The notes under the pieces are model-generated. The model saw only the letters and a program-made list of their open reading frames with translations. It had not been told where the DNA came from and searched no databases. A stretch of 64,000 nucleotides of DNA from Amoebidium appalachense (taxonomy: Eukaryota; Protista; Ichthyosporea). A program made the translations under genes and the position numbers. How positions within the stretch are numbered: the first letter of the stretch is position 1; each line of letters starts with the position of its first letter. Location: contig CAVNZM010000010.1 of assembly GCA_963693365.1 (NCBI GenBank), positions 7,503,794-7,567,793 on the forward strand. The letters are read 5' to 3'. This document shows positions 1 through 36,815 of this stretch, in pieces.

Positions 1-239
1 TCCGCGTACCGCGCGCACATGTGCATATGCATGTGCCGTGACGTGTGTGCGTGGATTGACGCGTGTATGTGCATGTGTGCGCATGTGGTTGCGTGTGCGA
101 GCATCATCGGTGCGCGAGCTTCACACACGCGCGTGTGTACACATGTTTGCGTGTGCTTGCGCGTGTGTGGTGCCATGATCATGGGTGTGCGTGGGGTGGG
201 TCAGTGTGTGTACGTGGGTGCGTGTGTGTACATGTGTGT

Positions 240-318
<79 letters not shown>

Positions 319-628
319 GTGTTCCCAAACTATGCCAACTACTTCATACTTCGGGGATCTTCGCTCGAGGGTCGCTTACGCCAACGAATGCAGTGCGCAG
401 TGCCAACCCAGCCTGAGTGTGTGTGTGTGTGTGTGTGCCGGCTGCCTGGGCAGGTGCCATACTAAATGCAGCTAAATGCACAAATAGGACACACGTCCTC
501 GGAATAAATTCAAATAAACCCATAAACAAAATATAAAAAAAAAGGATGGATCGTGAGGCCGGGCAGGGGAGGTGAGCGGGGGTAGGGGGAGGGGGTGGGG
601 GGTGGGGGGGAACGGGGGAGCAGGTATA

Positions 629-777
<149 letters not shown>

Positions 778-1025
778 ACTCCAGTATACATACACAAGCA
801 TGTGGGCGCACGCGCGCGCACACACACACACACAATGCTTCCCCTAGCCCCTCCTTCCCCCCACCCCACCCCCATCCCCGCCCACCTCCCTGCCCGGCCT
901 CACAATTCACCATCCTACACACACACACCCACAGTGTCGCGCGCGCGCGCGCGTGTGTGTGTGCGCACACACATGCACACATGCACACACAATATGTGTA
1001 CCCGTGTGTGCATGTATTTGAATGG

Positions 1026-1027
<2 letters not shown>

Positions 1028-1095
<68 letters not shown>

Positions 1096-1146
1096 CACTG
1101 TGTGTGTGTGTGTGTAACATTGTGTGTGTGTGTGTGTGTGTGTAAC

Positions 1147-1195
<49 letters not shown>

Positions 1196-1246
1196 CACTG
1201 TGTGTGTGTGTGTGTAACATTGTGTGTGTGTGTGTGTGTGTGTAAC

Positions 1247-1293
<47 letters not shown>

Positions 1294-1313
1294 GCGTGCG
1301 TGTGCGTGTGCGC

Positions 1314-1372
<59 letters not shown>

Positions 1373-1387
1373 CGTGTGCGTGTGCGC

Positions 1388-1448
<61 letters not shown>

Positions 1449-1449
1449 G

Positions 1450-1480
<31 letters not shown>

Positions 1481-1485
1481 CGTGT
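1028..1485. repeat. Compound (TG)n microsatellite with higher-order duplications
   Basis: Interruptions tgacactg/taacattg/taacactg at 1093/1115/1143 recur at 1193/1215/1243 (100-bp period); gcgtgtgcgcccg recurs about 74 bp apart. Confidence 0.9.
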
Positions 1486-1693
1486 GTTTTTTGTTTTTTT
1501 TGGGGGGGGGGTGAGGGGGGGTGAAGAGACACGTGTACATCGTGTAAGTGCATATGCTTTATAGGAAGAAGGGAGAGGGGTGAGAGGGAGGGAAATCAGT
1601 GAGAATCCGGATGCGGGAAAGGGCAAAGGGGAGACCATGCTTTGATTTGTATGCATGACTACACAGGCTACTGCACCGATTGACATTGTGTTT

Positions 1694-1854
1694 GCTGTGT
1701 GGGAGGGAGAGAGGGAGGGGGAAGGTGGAGAGAAGGGAAGGTCGGACTCTGCTGTGTGGGAGGGAGAGAGGGAGGGGGAAGGTGGAGAGAAGGGAAGGTC
1801 GAACTCTGCTGTGTGGGAGGGAGAGAGGGAGGGGGAAGGTGGAGAGAAGGGAAG
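1694..1854. repeat. 57-bp purine-rich tandem repeat, about 2.8 copies
   Basis: GCTGTGTGGGAGGGAGAGAGGGAGGGGGAAGGTGGAGAGAAGGGAAG starts at 1694, 1751 and 1808. Confidence 0.95.
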
Positions 1855-1912
1855 AGGAGTGGACGGGAGGATAGGGTGTATATATGTGCGTATACAGTAG
1901 GAATGGAGGGAA

Positions 1913-1946
<34 letters not shown>

Positions 1947-2305
1947 GGGGGGATGAGGGGGGTGGATGCACTTGCATGCGAGGAGGCAATGAGGAGGGCA
2001 GGGAGGGGATGAAATATAAAGCAATCCGCAAGCCTCAGTTGTGCCTTGACTTGCTGTTTATTCTCGGTTTTTCTCTTCTAACCTACAATGCACATCCGAT
2101 TCTACAATGCATGACTGGATGACTTGTCGCAGCATCCTCTTAGCTCTTGGCTTCGCTTGAATTACAAAACCGCCATTTTTCTGTTAATTAAGTACCTATG
2201 CTTACTTTTACACTAAACTAAAAACAGTATTTACAAAACATTCACGATTATTGCATGGCTTGCATGGGTCGTAGTCTACACCGTACACAGCACTTATTCT
2301 GCTGC

Positions 2306-3155
2306 TTATGAAGTAGTGTCCTTCTTACCATCCACCATACCGCTAATGGCGTTCGAGTTAATAGTCTGAACAGTGTCATCCCCGGCCTTATCCTCAATAG
2401 GCTCCTCCCAATGGTCATCGTCATAAGTCTTATCGACGAAGTTCATGTCGAGGTAGAGCACAATGGGCAGGCCGATAGCAATATTGCCCAAAGCCACGAA
2501 GTAGAAGTACTCGATATGGCCTCCGTGGTTAAGGTTGTCCGGGAGGAAATCAGCCATGAATAATGTTACGGTGGAGACAATAGCGTTGGAGACACCGCCG
2601 GAGCAGAACAAGTTGAATGCCTGGGCCAGGGAGCGGGTGCGAGGTGGGCACTGGCTGAAGGCAAAGTGCAGCAGGGTGGGGTTGATGCAGATCTCGGCCA
2701 TGCCGACCAATGCAAAGGGAATGAACATGATGAAGGCGCTGATGTTGCTCATGTACACGGGGTCCTCCTCAGACCCGGCGCAATTGGAGATGTTCTCCGG
2801 GAGTGCGGGCAGGAAATCAGCGCCCCGGCGGACATACTCCATGGCGGCAGCAAAAATCATGGCACATGCGGCAAAGCCAAAGCCAAATACCAACTTGATG
2901 CGGCGGTTGACGGTGCGGCCCATCATGCGGCCGAGGAACGGCCACCAGAGCTCGTTGAGGAGGGGTGTGGCAATGACGATGGCAGCACAGTTGGTCAGCG
3001 TCATGAATGTCTGCAGGGTGGGTTGTGTTAGCGAGGGATGAAAGGCTGCAGAGAGATGTGAAAGACTCAGTCAGGAGAGCAACATGAGCAGACCCTTGGT
3101 ATGTGTGTGTGTGTGAGCCAGGGTGCATGTGTGTGTGTGTGTGCATGTGTGTGTG

Positions 3156-3186
<31 letters not shown>

Positions 3187-5025
3187 ATGTGTGTGTGTAT
3201 GTGTGTGGTGGGGGGAGAGGAGGGGAGGGAGGGAAGGGAGGGAAGAGGATGTGTGTGTGTGAGTCTGTGTGTTTGCAGGGGGGGGGGGGGGGGGGGGGGG
3301 GGCAGGAGAGGGTGTGTGTAGTGGGCGGACTTTGAGGGCTTAGAAAGGAGAAGCAGCCCACACGCAGGGGGGGGAGGGGGGGGGGGAGGGGGGGGGAGGG
3401 GGGGGGGGGGGGGGGGGCATGCGCAGGGGGGAGCAGCAATGGTGGAGCTCTGGGAAATCTTCAGAAAGCACGAATATAACCGAGAACAGCTGTTTAGATG
3501 AAAACACCAGGCACACTGTAACATTGGGGAACCTCGGGGAGGAGCAGGAAGATGGGGGGGGGGGGGGGGGGGGGGGGGATGGAGTGGCTGTTAACAAAAG
3601 CAAAAAAGATTTTTCAGCATGCGATGTTGTTAGCACTCACCCCGTTGAGTTGGCCACCACCGACATTCAGGTTCATGTGGCAGGTTTGGACGGGGATGTA
3701 GGAGTCCATCAGCTGGTAGGTGAACATGAAGAAGATGTCCGTGCACAGGATGATGGGGACGGCGCTGAAAAGGGCCGTGGCCTCATCGGCACGCAGCCAG
3801 CCGTTGGCATTGTCGACCTGGCTGGCAATCCAGTCGTTGTTGAAGTGGCCCACACACAGGCACACAACGGCGGCCACGGTCAGTGCCAGGTTGACGTATG
3901 CAAAGGCCACAATCTTCTTGGCCTTGAGGAACGCATTGATAATGGTGATAAGCAGGAACGTGAAGATGAGGATCCAGCCCGCAACGGCAATCTTACCGCG
4001 GGTGCTGGTGGCTGCGCCGCGGCCTAGGAAGCTGATGGCACCACCCATGGAGTTGCCCGAGGGAGTCACCTTGTGGTACTTGGGGGTACCGATCAGGAAG
4101 ATGATGAGGGCCACGAACATGCAGCCGGCAGCAATCATGTATGCGGCAAAGTAGCCGTACTCCTTGGGGATGCTGTTGTTGCCCGCCTGCCCGGGAAGTG
4201 AGGCACTACCGCCAGTGGCGACGGTGGTGAGGCAGCCGAAGGCCACAGCGGCACCGACGTTGATCATCATGTAGAAGTAGTTGAAGAACTTCTCCTGCGC
4301 AATCTTCTCCTTGGGGATCAGCGGGTCGTACTGGTCACCACCAAAGTTGCTGATGTTGGGCTTCATGCCACCAGCGCCGAGGGCCATGAAGAACATGATA
4401 CCTACGAGGTAGAGGTCGGCATTGACAATGTTGGGGTGGGAGGCAATGGAGCACATGGTCACACCGATGCAGTAGCAGGACACGAACACAACGATGGTCT
4501 TGTAGCGGCCGAGGTAGGCATCGGCAAGGAAACCACCTATGAATACGGTGACGTATGAAAGGACACCAAAGACGGCGTGGATGGACACAGCCTGCGCCGT
4601 GGAGTAGCCGAACTGCTGCTCCAAGTTGTTACTGCAAAGGGACACAGTGTTGTTAGATGGTGGTCCAACAATTCAGTTCTATCTGTGAAGCCAGTACTAA
4701 AGGGGCTAGCCTTAGAGGGAGGTAGGCGTGGTGTACTCTACGTAGCTGGCGGGCCTGCAGGCCTGGTATACCGATCGATGTCTGCAGCTGGTATCGATAA
4801 TATATAGCCAGGGCTACAACCCATCTATAAAAGAATCACAATATTTGACGGGTTTTTTGAATGGGTAGAAGGGGAGAATGTTTGTGGATTGATGGAATAT
4901 CTGGCATGCAAGTTGCCCTGAAAAAACACTTACCGTTGACTGCCGGAGAAGGTGTAGTATGTGAGGCGCTCCATCATCTCCACGATGAGGATGTAAATCC
5001 CCACGGACAGCAGCTTGTTCGTCAT
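2306..5025 (-). CDS. POT/PTR (SLC15-like) proton-dependent oligopeptide transporter, MFS; 3 exons (5025-4934, 4631-3641, 3010-2306), about 595 aa
   Basis: Exon 1 reads MTNKLLSVGIYILIVEMMERLTYYTFSGSQR, containing the ExxERxxYY POT signature. Exon 2 has GGFLADAYLGRYKTI, GAGGMKPNISNFGGDQY and FFNYFYMMINVGA (PTR2 motifs) plus many hydrophobic helices. Both introns are GT-AG and phase-consistent; TAA stop at 2308-2306. Confidence 0.95.
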
Positions 5026-5201
5026 GGTGGCGGTTGGTGCCCGACGATGGGTCTTGACGTTGCGACTTGGTTGTCTCGGCGCAAAACTTTATGCTTCAAA
5101 ACAAAACCCCAATGCACTAGTGCCTCGAGCCCTCGACCAAGCATTGGCAAGCAACCGTGCGCAATTGCGGGGATTTGGCTCATCAAACCCGCAAAACGCT
5201 G

Positions 5202-5209
5202 TTTATATA
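5202..5209 (-). promoter_or_regulatory. Possible TATA box of the POT gene
   Basis: TATATAAA on the minus strand about 180 bp upstream of the ATG at 5025; positional plausibility only. Confidence 0.3.
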
Positions 5210-8200
5210 CCTTCAAAATGTGAGCTGGATGGCTAAATCGCGGTACATGATATGTAGCCACTAGGAACTGTGATGTAAAGTGGAGAGGAAAAGGCTTTGG
5301 ACCTCAAACTTCATTCTTCTTAGAGATTACCTAGATTTATGGGATTTAAAAAAATGACAGAGCAAAGAAAGAAATGATTAAAACAAAAAATCAACAATTA
5401 AGCCAATCTGCATGCATATTTTGGTTGTGTTTTGCGCACACGAAACTGGCATATCTGCTGGGAAAAGTTGAAGCATCCAATCAACAACTGCACACACAAA
5501 GCTGGATGGATCTCTAGATTCGTAGTCCAGTTCCTATTGGACAACAGATTTATAGATCCACACATGACAACAAAGTGTTCTATTTACACATCTACCCATT
5601 TTTCACAGCACATCAATGAATGCTGCTTAATTTAAAGATAAATATGGTTCAAGTATTTGAACTTTATATTGCACAAGAATCCTTATAGCTTACTAGTGCC
5701 AAAAAATTGATAAAGCTACCAAATAGCACCATTCCAAGACGTATTATCAACATGAATACGAATTTCCCATTGGCTGCTCTCGGAGCCTCTGAGGAATGTG
5801 CCGCAGTTTGGCTCGCTGCTGTTGTTTTCAACTGTAGTACAAACGCAACAAGAATATCGGGTTCACCAACAGCAGAATGCATGAATATGCAAACACTAAT
5901 TAGGCCTCTGGACCATAATGCGGAGCTAATGTTGCATTTTTCGATAGCTACATACCTACATTATCGGCCTTAGGTTTTGCCGCCTTTGCGAATGGGAGTC
6001 TCTGGAGAGTGGAGCCACAGCTCATCGACCAATCACAGCAGACAGTTAAGATTACGCAAATATAGCCAAATAAACAAGCTGCTTCTAAAAACATTATTGC
6101 AAGTTTGACTGGATAGCCTTGTTTTCCGTTTTTTCGCGCCCGTCCACCACGGGGCCTGCCAAGGCCTGCACCAGGATTTGATGGATACAACTCTTCAAAT
6201 TACTGGTTCTTGCGCGCGGGTACATACAAAAAACTAGGCAATTAGGGCCTTAGTGTTCATGTCCGCCGGTTCTCATTCTTTTGGGGGGCGGGCGGGGGGG
6301 GGGTGTTGCCCAGGTTGGAGGGGTGAGTATATCTTAAGATTTCTGCAGTAGAACTCGCGAACGCTTTTCGTGTGAAGTCGGATCTCCTTCATCACACAAA
6401 ATGGCATGCCACTTGTCGGCATGCCGGCCAGGCCTACCTTGCCCCTGCCGATAATTGTCACGCCAAAATTTTAAAGGCAAGTTCAATGATGAAACATCTT
6501 GTCCAGCTGCAGTACAGCATTGTTAATTGTCTCTGTCGAAGACTCGGGATTAACTACGTCTAGTGGGCCAGGGCCAACAAACTGCAGCTGCTGCAGCATG
6601 TCTCTGGAGTGACTCTCTCGGCATACAACAGGCTATATCTCAGCACATCATCATGGCCTGCCTGTCCTTGGCCGAGTCGCCGAACGTCATCACTTCCGGC
6701 CGCGGTGCTTGACGTCATGATCGTTCCCACCGAGCTCAGCGGCGCCCAGCCGGCTTTGACCGGTGCACAGTTTGTTCTATCCGGTTCTAATATATTGCAA
6801 AGTACTTGGCAAGTTTTATTATGGTTAATTGTAACAGTTTTACTACGGTTAATTACAACAGAGAGCGAGACGACACGCGTACGACAACGAGCTGTGTGTG
6901 CTGCTGTATGCCTATAAGCAGTATCGAATGCCTATCATATATATATACTATATATACTATGATACTATAGTATATATATATATCATATATATATCATTAT
7001 ATAGCTTGATGCCATCATGGCGTCACCGTGGGCCGGCGGATCATACATCATGACTGACAGGCTGACGCGCACACGCACACACGTCGTAGGCTGAATCGAG
7101 GCTGAACCTGAGCCTCAGGCCCGGATGTGGCACCGAATATAAATTTATTTCAGCGTCCTTCAAGTGCATCGGCGTACACGTGTAGGTACCTCGTAAAATA
7201 TAACATACGTGCATCCCTAAGACTTTGATATGCATTTAAATTTGAAGGACGGTCCAAGGCATGGACAGATGCTATGACGGATGCAGGTGTTCCTGTGACC
7301 TGCCCGGTCCGATGATAATCAGTCAGCTTGATGCATCCATGCATGTACGCCATGGCCTGCCATCCGATGTCACTCATGAAGGGCGACCGGGGAGGGCACG
7401 TGTACACAGTACTACTATCAAATACGCAGTACTAATATATTAGCAGCTCATAGTCTCCTATGTTGGAGTATCTATCATTATTAGAGCTCGAGGCTCAGAG
7501 AGAGAACTGCATGCAGTCAGGACGTGCACGTTGGTCAGTCTGCGGATTGCCAGTGCCACCGAGTGCAACACATTGTAGTGAGTGGCCATCCACGGCCATC
7601 ATGACTCGGAGCCATTCAACAGTGATGTGCGCACGCGATGATGATGCGGGAAAGCGTTCTTTGCCACACACCACGTGCACATGTGCGTGCGGTCGAACAC
7701 GTGTCTCACTGAGTCTCTTATGAGCCGGCTGCAGCGACCTCCGGACCAATCCTCCGAACCGCGCGCACCGACTCCTTCTTGATCATATCCCTACATGTGT
7801 TTCCCTTCACGCACACGCGGGAACTGAAATGCAATTATAGGTAGTATAGCAAGTTGGGCTACTAATAACAGCTGCTGCTGCAGTGCCACCCGTGTTGGGG
7901 CAGGAGTCACTACAATACTTGACGTAACTCATCACTATCTTTTTTATCTGTGAGCTTCACTGTCGAGATCTGACTCAACAACCATGGCCAACAAACAACA
8001 GCTCACTCATGAAGCATCGCTGCATCATCGCCAAGCTTGTGATGATGGCATGACGTCGGTGTTCACTGAGATCACTGTCACCGAAACTTTGTCGTATATA
8101 TATGTATATACCGGGGACGCGGACGGATTCCATGTGCCTGCAGCTGCAAGTTCCTTCCTTTATTTAGTCCGTGCAATTTGCCTTACCACTTTACTACGTA

Positions 8201-8538
8201 TACTGCAGTGACGTGGTGGTGGTGGTGGTGGTGGTGGTGCCTGGTGGTTCCTTCCCCCCCCCCCCCCCCCCCCCCAACAAAGAGTTGTCGAGGAAGGGGG
8301 GGGGGGGGGGGGGGAGAGGGGGGGAAGGGGGGGGGGGGGGGGGGGGGGGAGGATCCGGAGGAGGGACCTGCAGTGGGGGCAGTATTAGAAAACCTCAAGG
8401 GGTGGGTGGGTGGGTAGGTGGGGGGGGGGGGGGGGGAGGGGGGGGGGAGGGGGAGGGGTCCAAGGGAAGGGGGGATCCGGATGAGAGATCGAGATCATAA
8501 TAGAGAGGGGGGGGGAGAGAGAGGGGGGGGGGGGGGGG

Positions 8539-8690
<152 letters not shown>

Positions 8691-8718
8691 AGCCTCGGGG
8701 AGGCAGGGGGGGAGAGAG

Positions 8719-9258
8719 AGCTCCGGGGAGGGCCCGGGAAGGGCCCAACCACATCAGCCGCGTCAACTTGCAATGCTCCGAGTAAATATTTTCTGCAAAA
8801 AGAAGAATTATTATGCAAAAAGCAGAACTAATCTGTTGAAAGCAGAATTATTCAGCAAAAGCAGAATTGTTCTGCACATCTAGAAGCAGAACTATTCTGA
8901 AAAATAAGGTATTGTTCTGCAAAAAGCGTCACGATTCTGCAAAAAAAAAAGAATCATTCTTCTAAAAACAGAATTATTCTGATAAAACTGAAGCAGAAGC
9001 CTTCGTTCTATTCTGATGAAAGCAGGATGATTCTGCTGTCGTAGCAGAATAATTCTGCTTTTTGCAGGATAATCCTGCTAAAAAATGATTCTGCTCATAG
9101 TGAAATAATTCTGCTCTTGCAGAATAATTCTGCCGTTTGCAGAATAATTCTGCTTTTTGCCGAGATATTCCGCTTTTTGCAGTATAATTCCATTTTCTGC
9201 AGAATAGTTCTACTTTTTGCAAGGTGACTCTGGTGGTTGGCCCACCCTCCGAGGAGCT
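8719..9258. mobile_element. Putative non-autonomous foldback/MITE-like inverted-repeat element
   Basis: Outer arms AGCTCC..GGAGGG..GGGCCCAACCAC..GTCAACTTGCAA (8719-8773) and TTGCAAGGTGAC..GTGGTTGGCCC.CCCTCC..GGAGCT (9217-9258) are imperfect reverse complements. They enclose an array of ~20-bp TTCTGCAAAAAGCAGAATTA units followed by an array of the reverse-complement unit. No transposase and no clear TSD seen. Confidence 0.55.
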
Positions 9259-9774
9259 AAAGGGAGGGGGCATCCTGGGACTTGGAAAGAGCACCGGGTG
9301 AGAGAAGAGCTTTAGGGAATGCCGAGAGAGAGAGAGGGACTCAGAGAGAGAGAGGGGGGGGGGGGAGGGGGGGGGGGCGCCCCGGGGGGAGGGGGGAGGG
9401 GGGGGACCCCGATAGTATGATTGCGGCCACTGAGCACTAACCTGAGCGAGCATGCAACAGGCGATTGGCCGGCCGTCGTCACCGTGAGATATCCGAGGTG
9501 CTGTGGACTATGGGGTGGAAAGGAACAAAAGAGAAACGATACTACTTTGCTAGGGCTACGCGATTGGTTGATTTAACCAGATTCAAGGAGGCTACTCAGG
9601 CTAGAAGAGCTTAGTCACTTTGAGTGACTGTCTCCCTGCGGCCCGGCTCAACATACCTTGTATGCTGCCGCAGGCGACAATCACTAGGCAAAGTGTCTGA
9701 TTGCGCAAACAAATTAAAATCTACAGTATATGATTGGTTCAAAATCGCATTAATAATTTAATGGAAATTAAGGA

Positions 9775-9885
9775 AGTGTTGCTTTTGCCCAACAACAATT
9801 TAGGGAAGCGTTCCTATTGCCCAACAGAAGATACAGCGTTCCTATTGGACCTACAAGATAATTAAGCGTTCCGATTGCCCAACAG
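9775..9885. repeat. Four ~30-bp-spaced copies of AGCGTTCCTATTGCCCAACA
   Basis: Copies at about 9775 (degenerate), 9807, 9835 and 9865, separated by 8-12 nt variable linkers. Confidence 0.8.
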
Positions 9886-10057
9886 GAATTCATAGACCCA
9901 ACTTGACGTCCCGCGGCGTAGTAGTGCCCGGCCACTTACGTAAGCCAGTGGGTACATATGGTTTTCAAGCCCGCCCTCCCAGCCCTGTTGTGGGGATAGA
10001 TGAAGGGGTGTCCTTGGCCATTGCGCGTTAGGGACACTGTTTCCTTCTTTAGGGTAG

Positions 10058-10138
<81 letters not shown>

Positions 10139-10934
10139 TATATTCTTTTAGAGTATTTATTTTATTTTTTCAAAATAATATACTCCCGTACTTGCCTCTG
10201 ATTTCATGTCCATGAGTCTCGGGGAGCCACGACGGTAGCGAGAAATGGTCTTGCCTCCGGCATAGCCTTGGAGACTACTAGAAGCTGCTGATTGGTTGAC
10301 TGACCGGCGCGCAGCTGAGGGCTCATGAGTAGCTGGCTCTGCGCCGGTCTAAATTTGCCCACCGCGCTATCTACAAGGCACTACAAAAGCTTTTTTAATA
10401 GGCACCCAAAGCCTGTTCACGATTAGAAAAAATGCTTTATATGTAATTCAGATTACTTTCGAATAGTGTGTAACCTCGATAGTAGCTCTAAGGCCAACTT
10501 TTGACTAAGCCGCCGTCATATATACATACGCCATAATTGATCATGATCATGAGCACATTGGCTGCTATGCCGTCGACCAATAGGAACTTGCTAAAAAAGT
10601 AGTAGATTTCTATTAAAATTTTTTGTTCCTTTCCACTCCATAGTATAATAGGACTCTTGACGGAACATCCCCGTACCGTGTGGGTGGGCGGACCCCCGGA
10701 AGGGGGGGGCCGGGCCGGGCCGGGGGGGAGGGGGGGGGTTCACGTGCACCGCGGCGCTCACGTTGAGAGATCCCAGAGGGCGCAGGGTGCTGGCCATGCA
10801 TATGGAGACCCCGTGTGTATATGCGTGTGCGTGCACGTGTTGGAGCGCGCAGGGGGGAGGGCCGGGAGGGAGGGGGGGGCACCTAATTGTAGCCATTAAC
10901 GACATTTGAGATACTGACGGATACTATGTGGGGG

Positions 10935-11097
10935 TGCCGATACCATCATGCATATCTTGATATTCAAATATATGCCGATACCATCATGCATATTTAAATT
11001 TTGATATCCAATATGCCGATATCATCATGCATATTTTGATATCCAAATATATGCCGATACCATCATGCATATGTTGATATTTTACAATATGCCGATT
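10935..11097. repeat. ~38-bp AT-rich minisatellite, about 4.3 copies
   Basis: TGCCGATACCATCATGCATATxTTGATATxCAAATATA units start at 10935, 10973, 11014, 11052 and 11090. Confidence 0.9.
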
Positions 11098-11124
11098 GAT
11101 ACCAACTACTCCTTGGTGTCCCCC

Positions 11125-11155
<31 letters not shown>

Positions 11156-11786
11156 AAAAAAAAAAAAAAAAGAAATGAAAAGTTCATAAACAAACAAAAA
11201 CGTAGGATTATGGCCGGACCTGCACATGTTTATTAATCTGTCATTCATCACACTGTATTATAATGGGTGCGGCAACGGTGAGTCTCGGCTAGCAAGTAAT
11301 TCGATTACTTACATCCTTTATAAGCATATTACGGGCTGCGAACAAGAGGAGATAATTTCAGAAGTCCGGAAAAAAAACATACTGCGGAGGCAACAAAGTG
11401 CACTTCATACATGCAACCTTTTAAGTATTTAACTATCAATCAGTTAACAAACTTCACTGAGACTGGTACACGTGTGCATTAATACAACTGAACCCCCCCC
11501 CCCCTCCCCCCCCCCGTTCAGAACATTCACTAGAGAAAGAAGAACGAAAAGCAGCCGACTTGAACGTGGTTATGTTTAGACACATTTTAGTGCGGCGTGT
11601 TAGCCCAAGGCAGAATGTTACTGGACGGGGGGATAACCCCTGCACAATAAGGGTAGGAAAGGCATTGTAGGAATCTAACAAACGAAGCAAACGAAAATTC
11701 CGAAGGTCGAAATGGCCGACAAGCGACAATTAAGAGTGAAGCATGAAGAATACAACCACAACAACCACAACAACAACAACAACAAC

Positions 11787-11818
<32 letters not shown>

Positions 11819-11937
11819 GTTACCACCATTGGCATAATCTTTAAAAAAACCAAAATTCATCCCAGTAATCATACAAGCTAATACTAACCATTATGAGCAA
11901 GGGAAGACAACACACCCCAATCACCTAATTATCTGAT

Positions 11938-36815
<24,878 letters not shown>

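Noticed and set aside
321-470. Non-repetitive island between TG tracts as a possible exon
   Set aside because: No recognisable motif in any frame and no convincing paired splice sites; cannot be assigned without upstream sequence.
4695-4815. Cluster of short palindromes (GGCCTGCAGGCC, GGTATACC, CGATCGAT, CAGCTG, ATCGAT) resembling a polylinker in POT intron 1
   Set aside because: No vector context or recognisable multiple cloning site order; the flanking intron splices normally, so chance or a decayed small element is more likely.
6930-7030. TA-rich tract followed by hairpin TGATGCCATCATGGCGTCA as a Helitron 3' end
   Set aside because: No CTRR terminus at the expected short distance after the hairpin and no matching 5' end identified.
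7460-8211. Short ORFs 7460-7723 and 7984-8211 (the latter with good ATG context)
   Set aside because: No domain similarity or splice partners that I can recognise; insufficient support for a gene.
9805-10590. Resemblance of GTTCCTATT / ATAGGAACTT to FRT half-sites or an RFX X-box
   Set aside because: Only 9-10 nt match, half-sites are not arranged around an 8-bp spacer, no recombinase is nearby, and GTT-to-AAC spacing is 16 nt rather than the 13-14 nt of an X-box.
9775-11097. CRISPR-like interpretation of the 30-bp and 38-bp periodic repeats
   Set aside because: Linkers are only 8-12 nt or are themselves homologous rather than unique 25-45 nt spacers; no cas genes; eukaryotic context.
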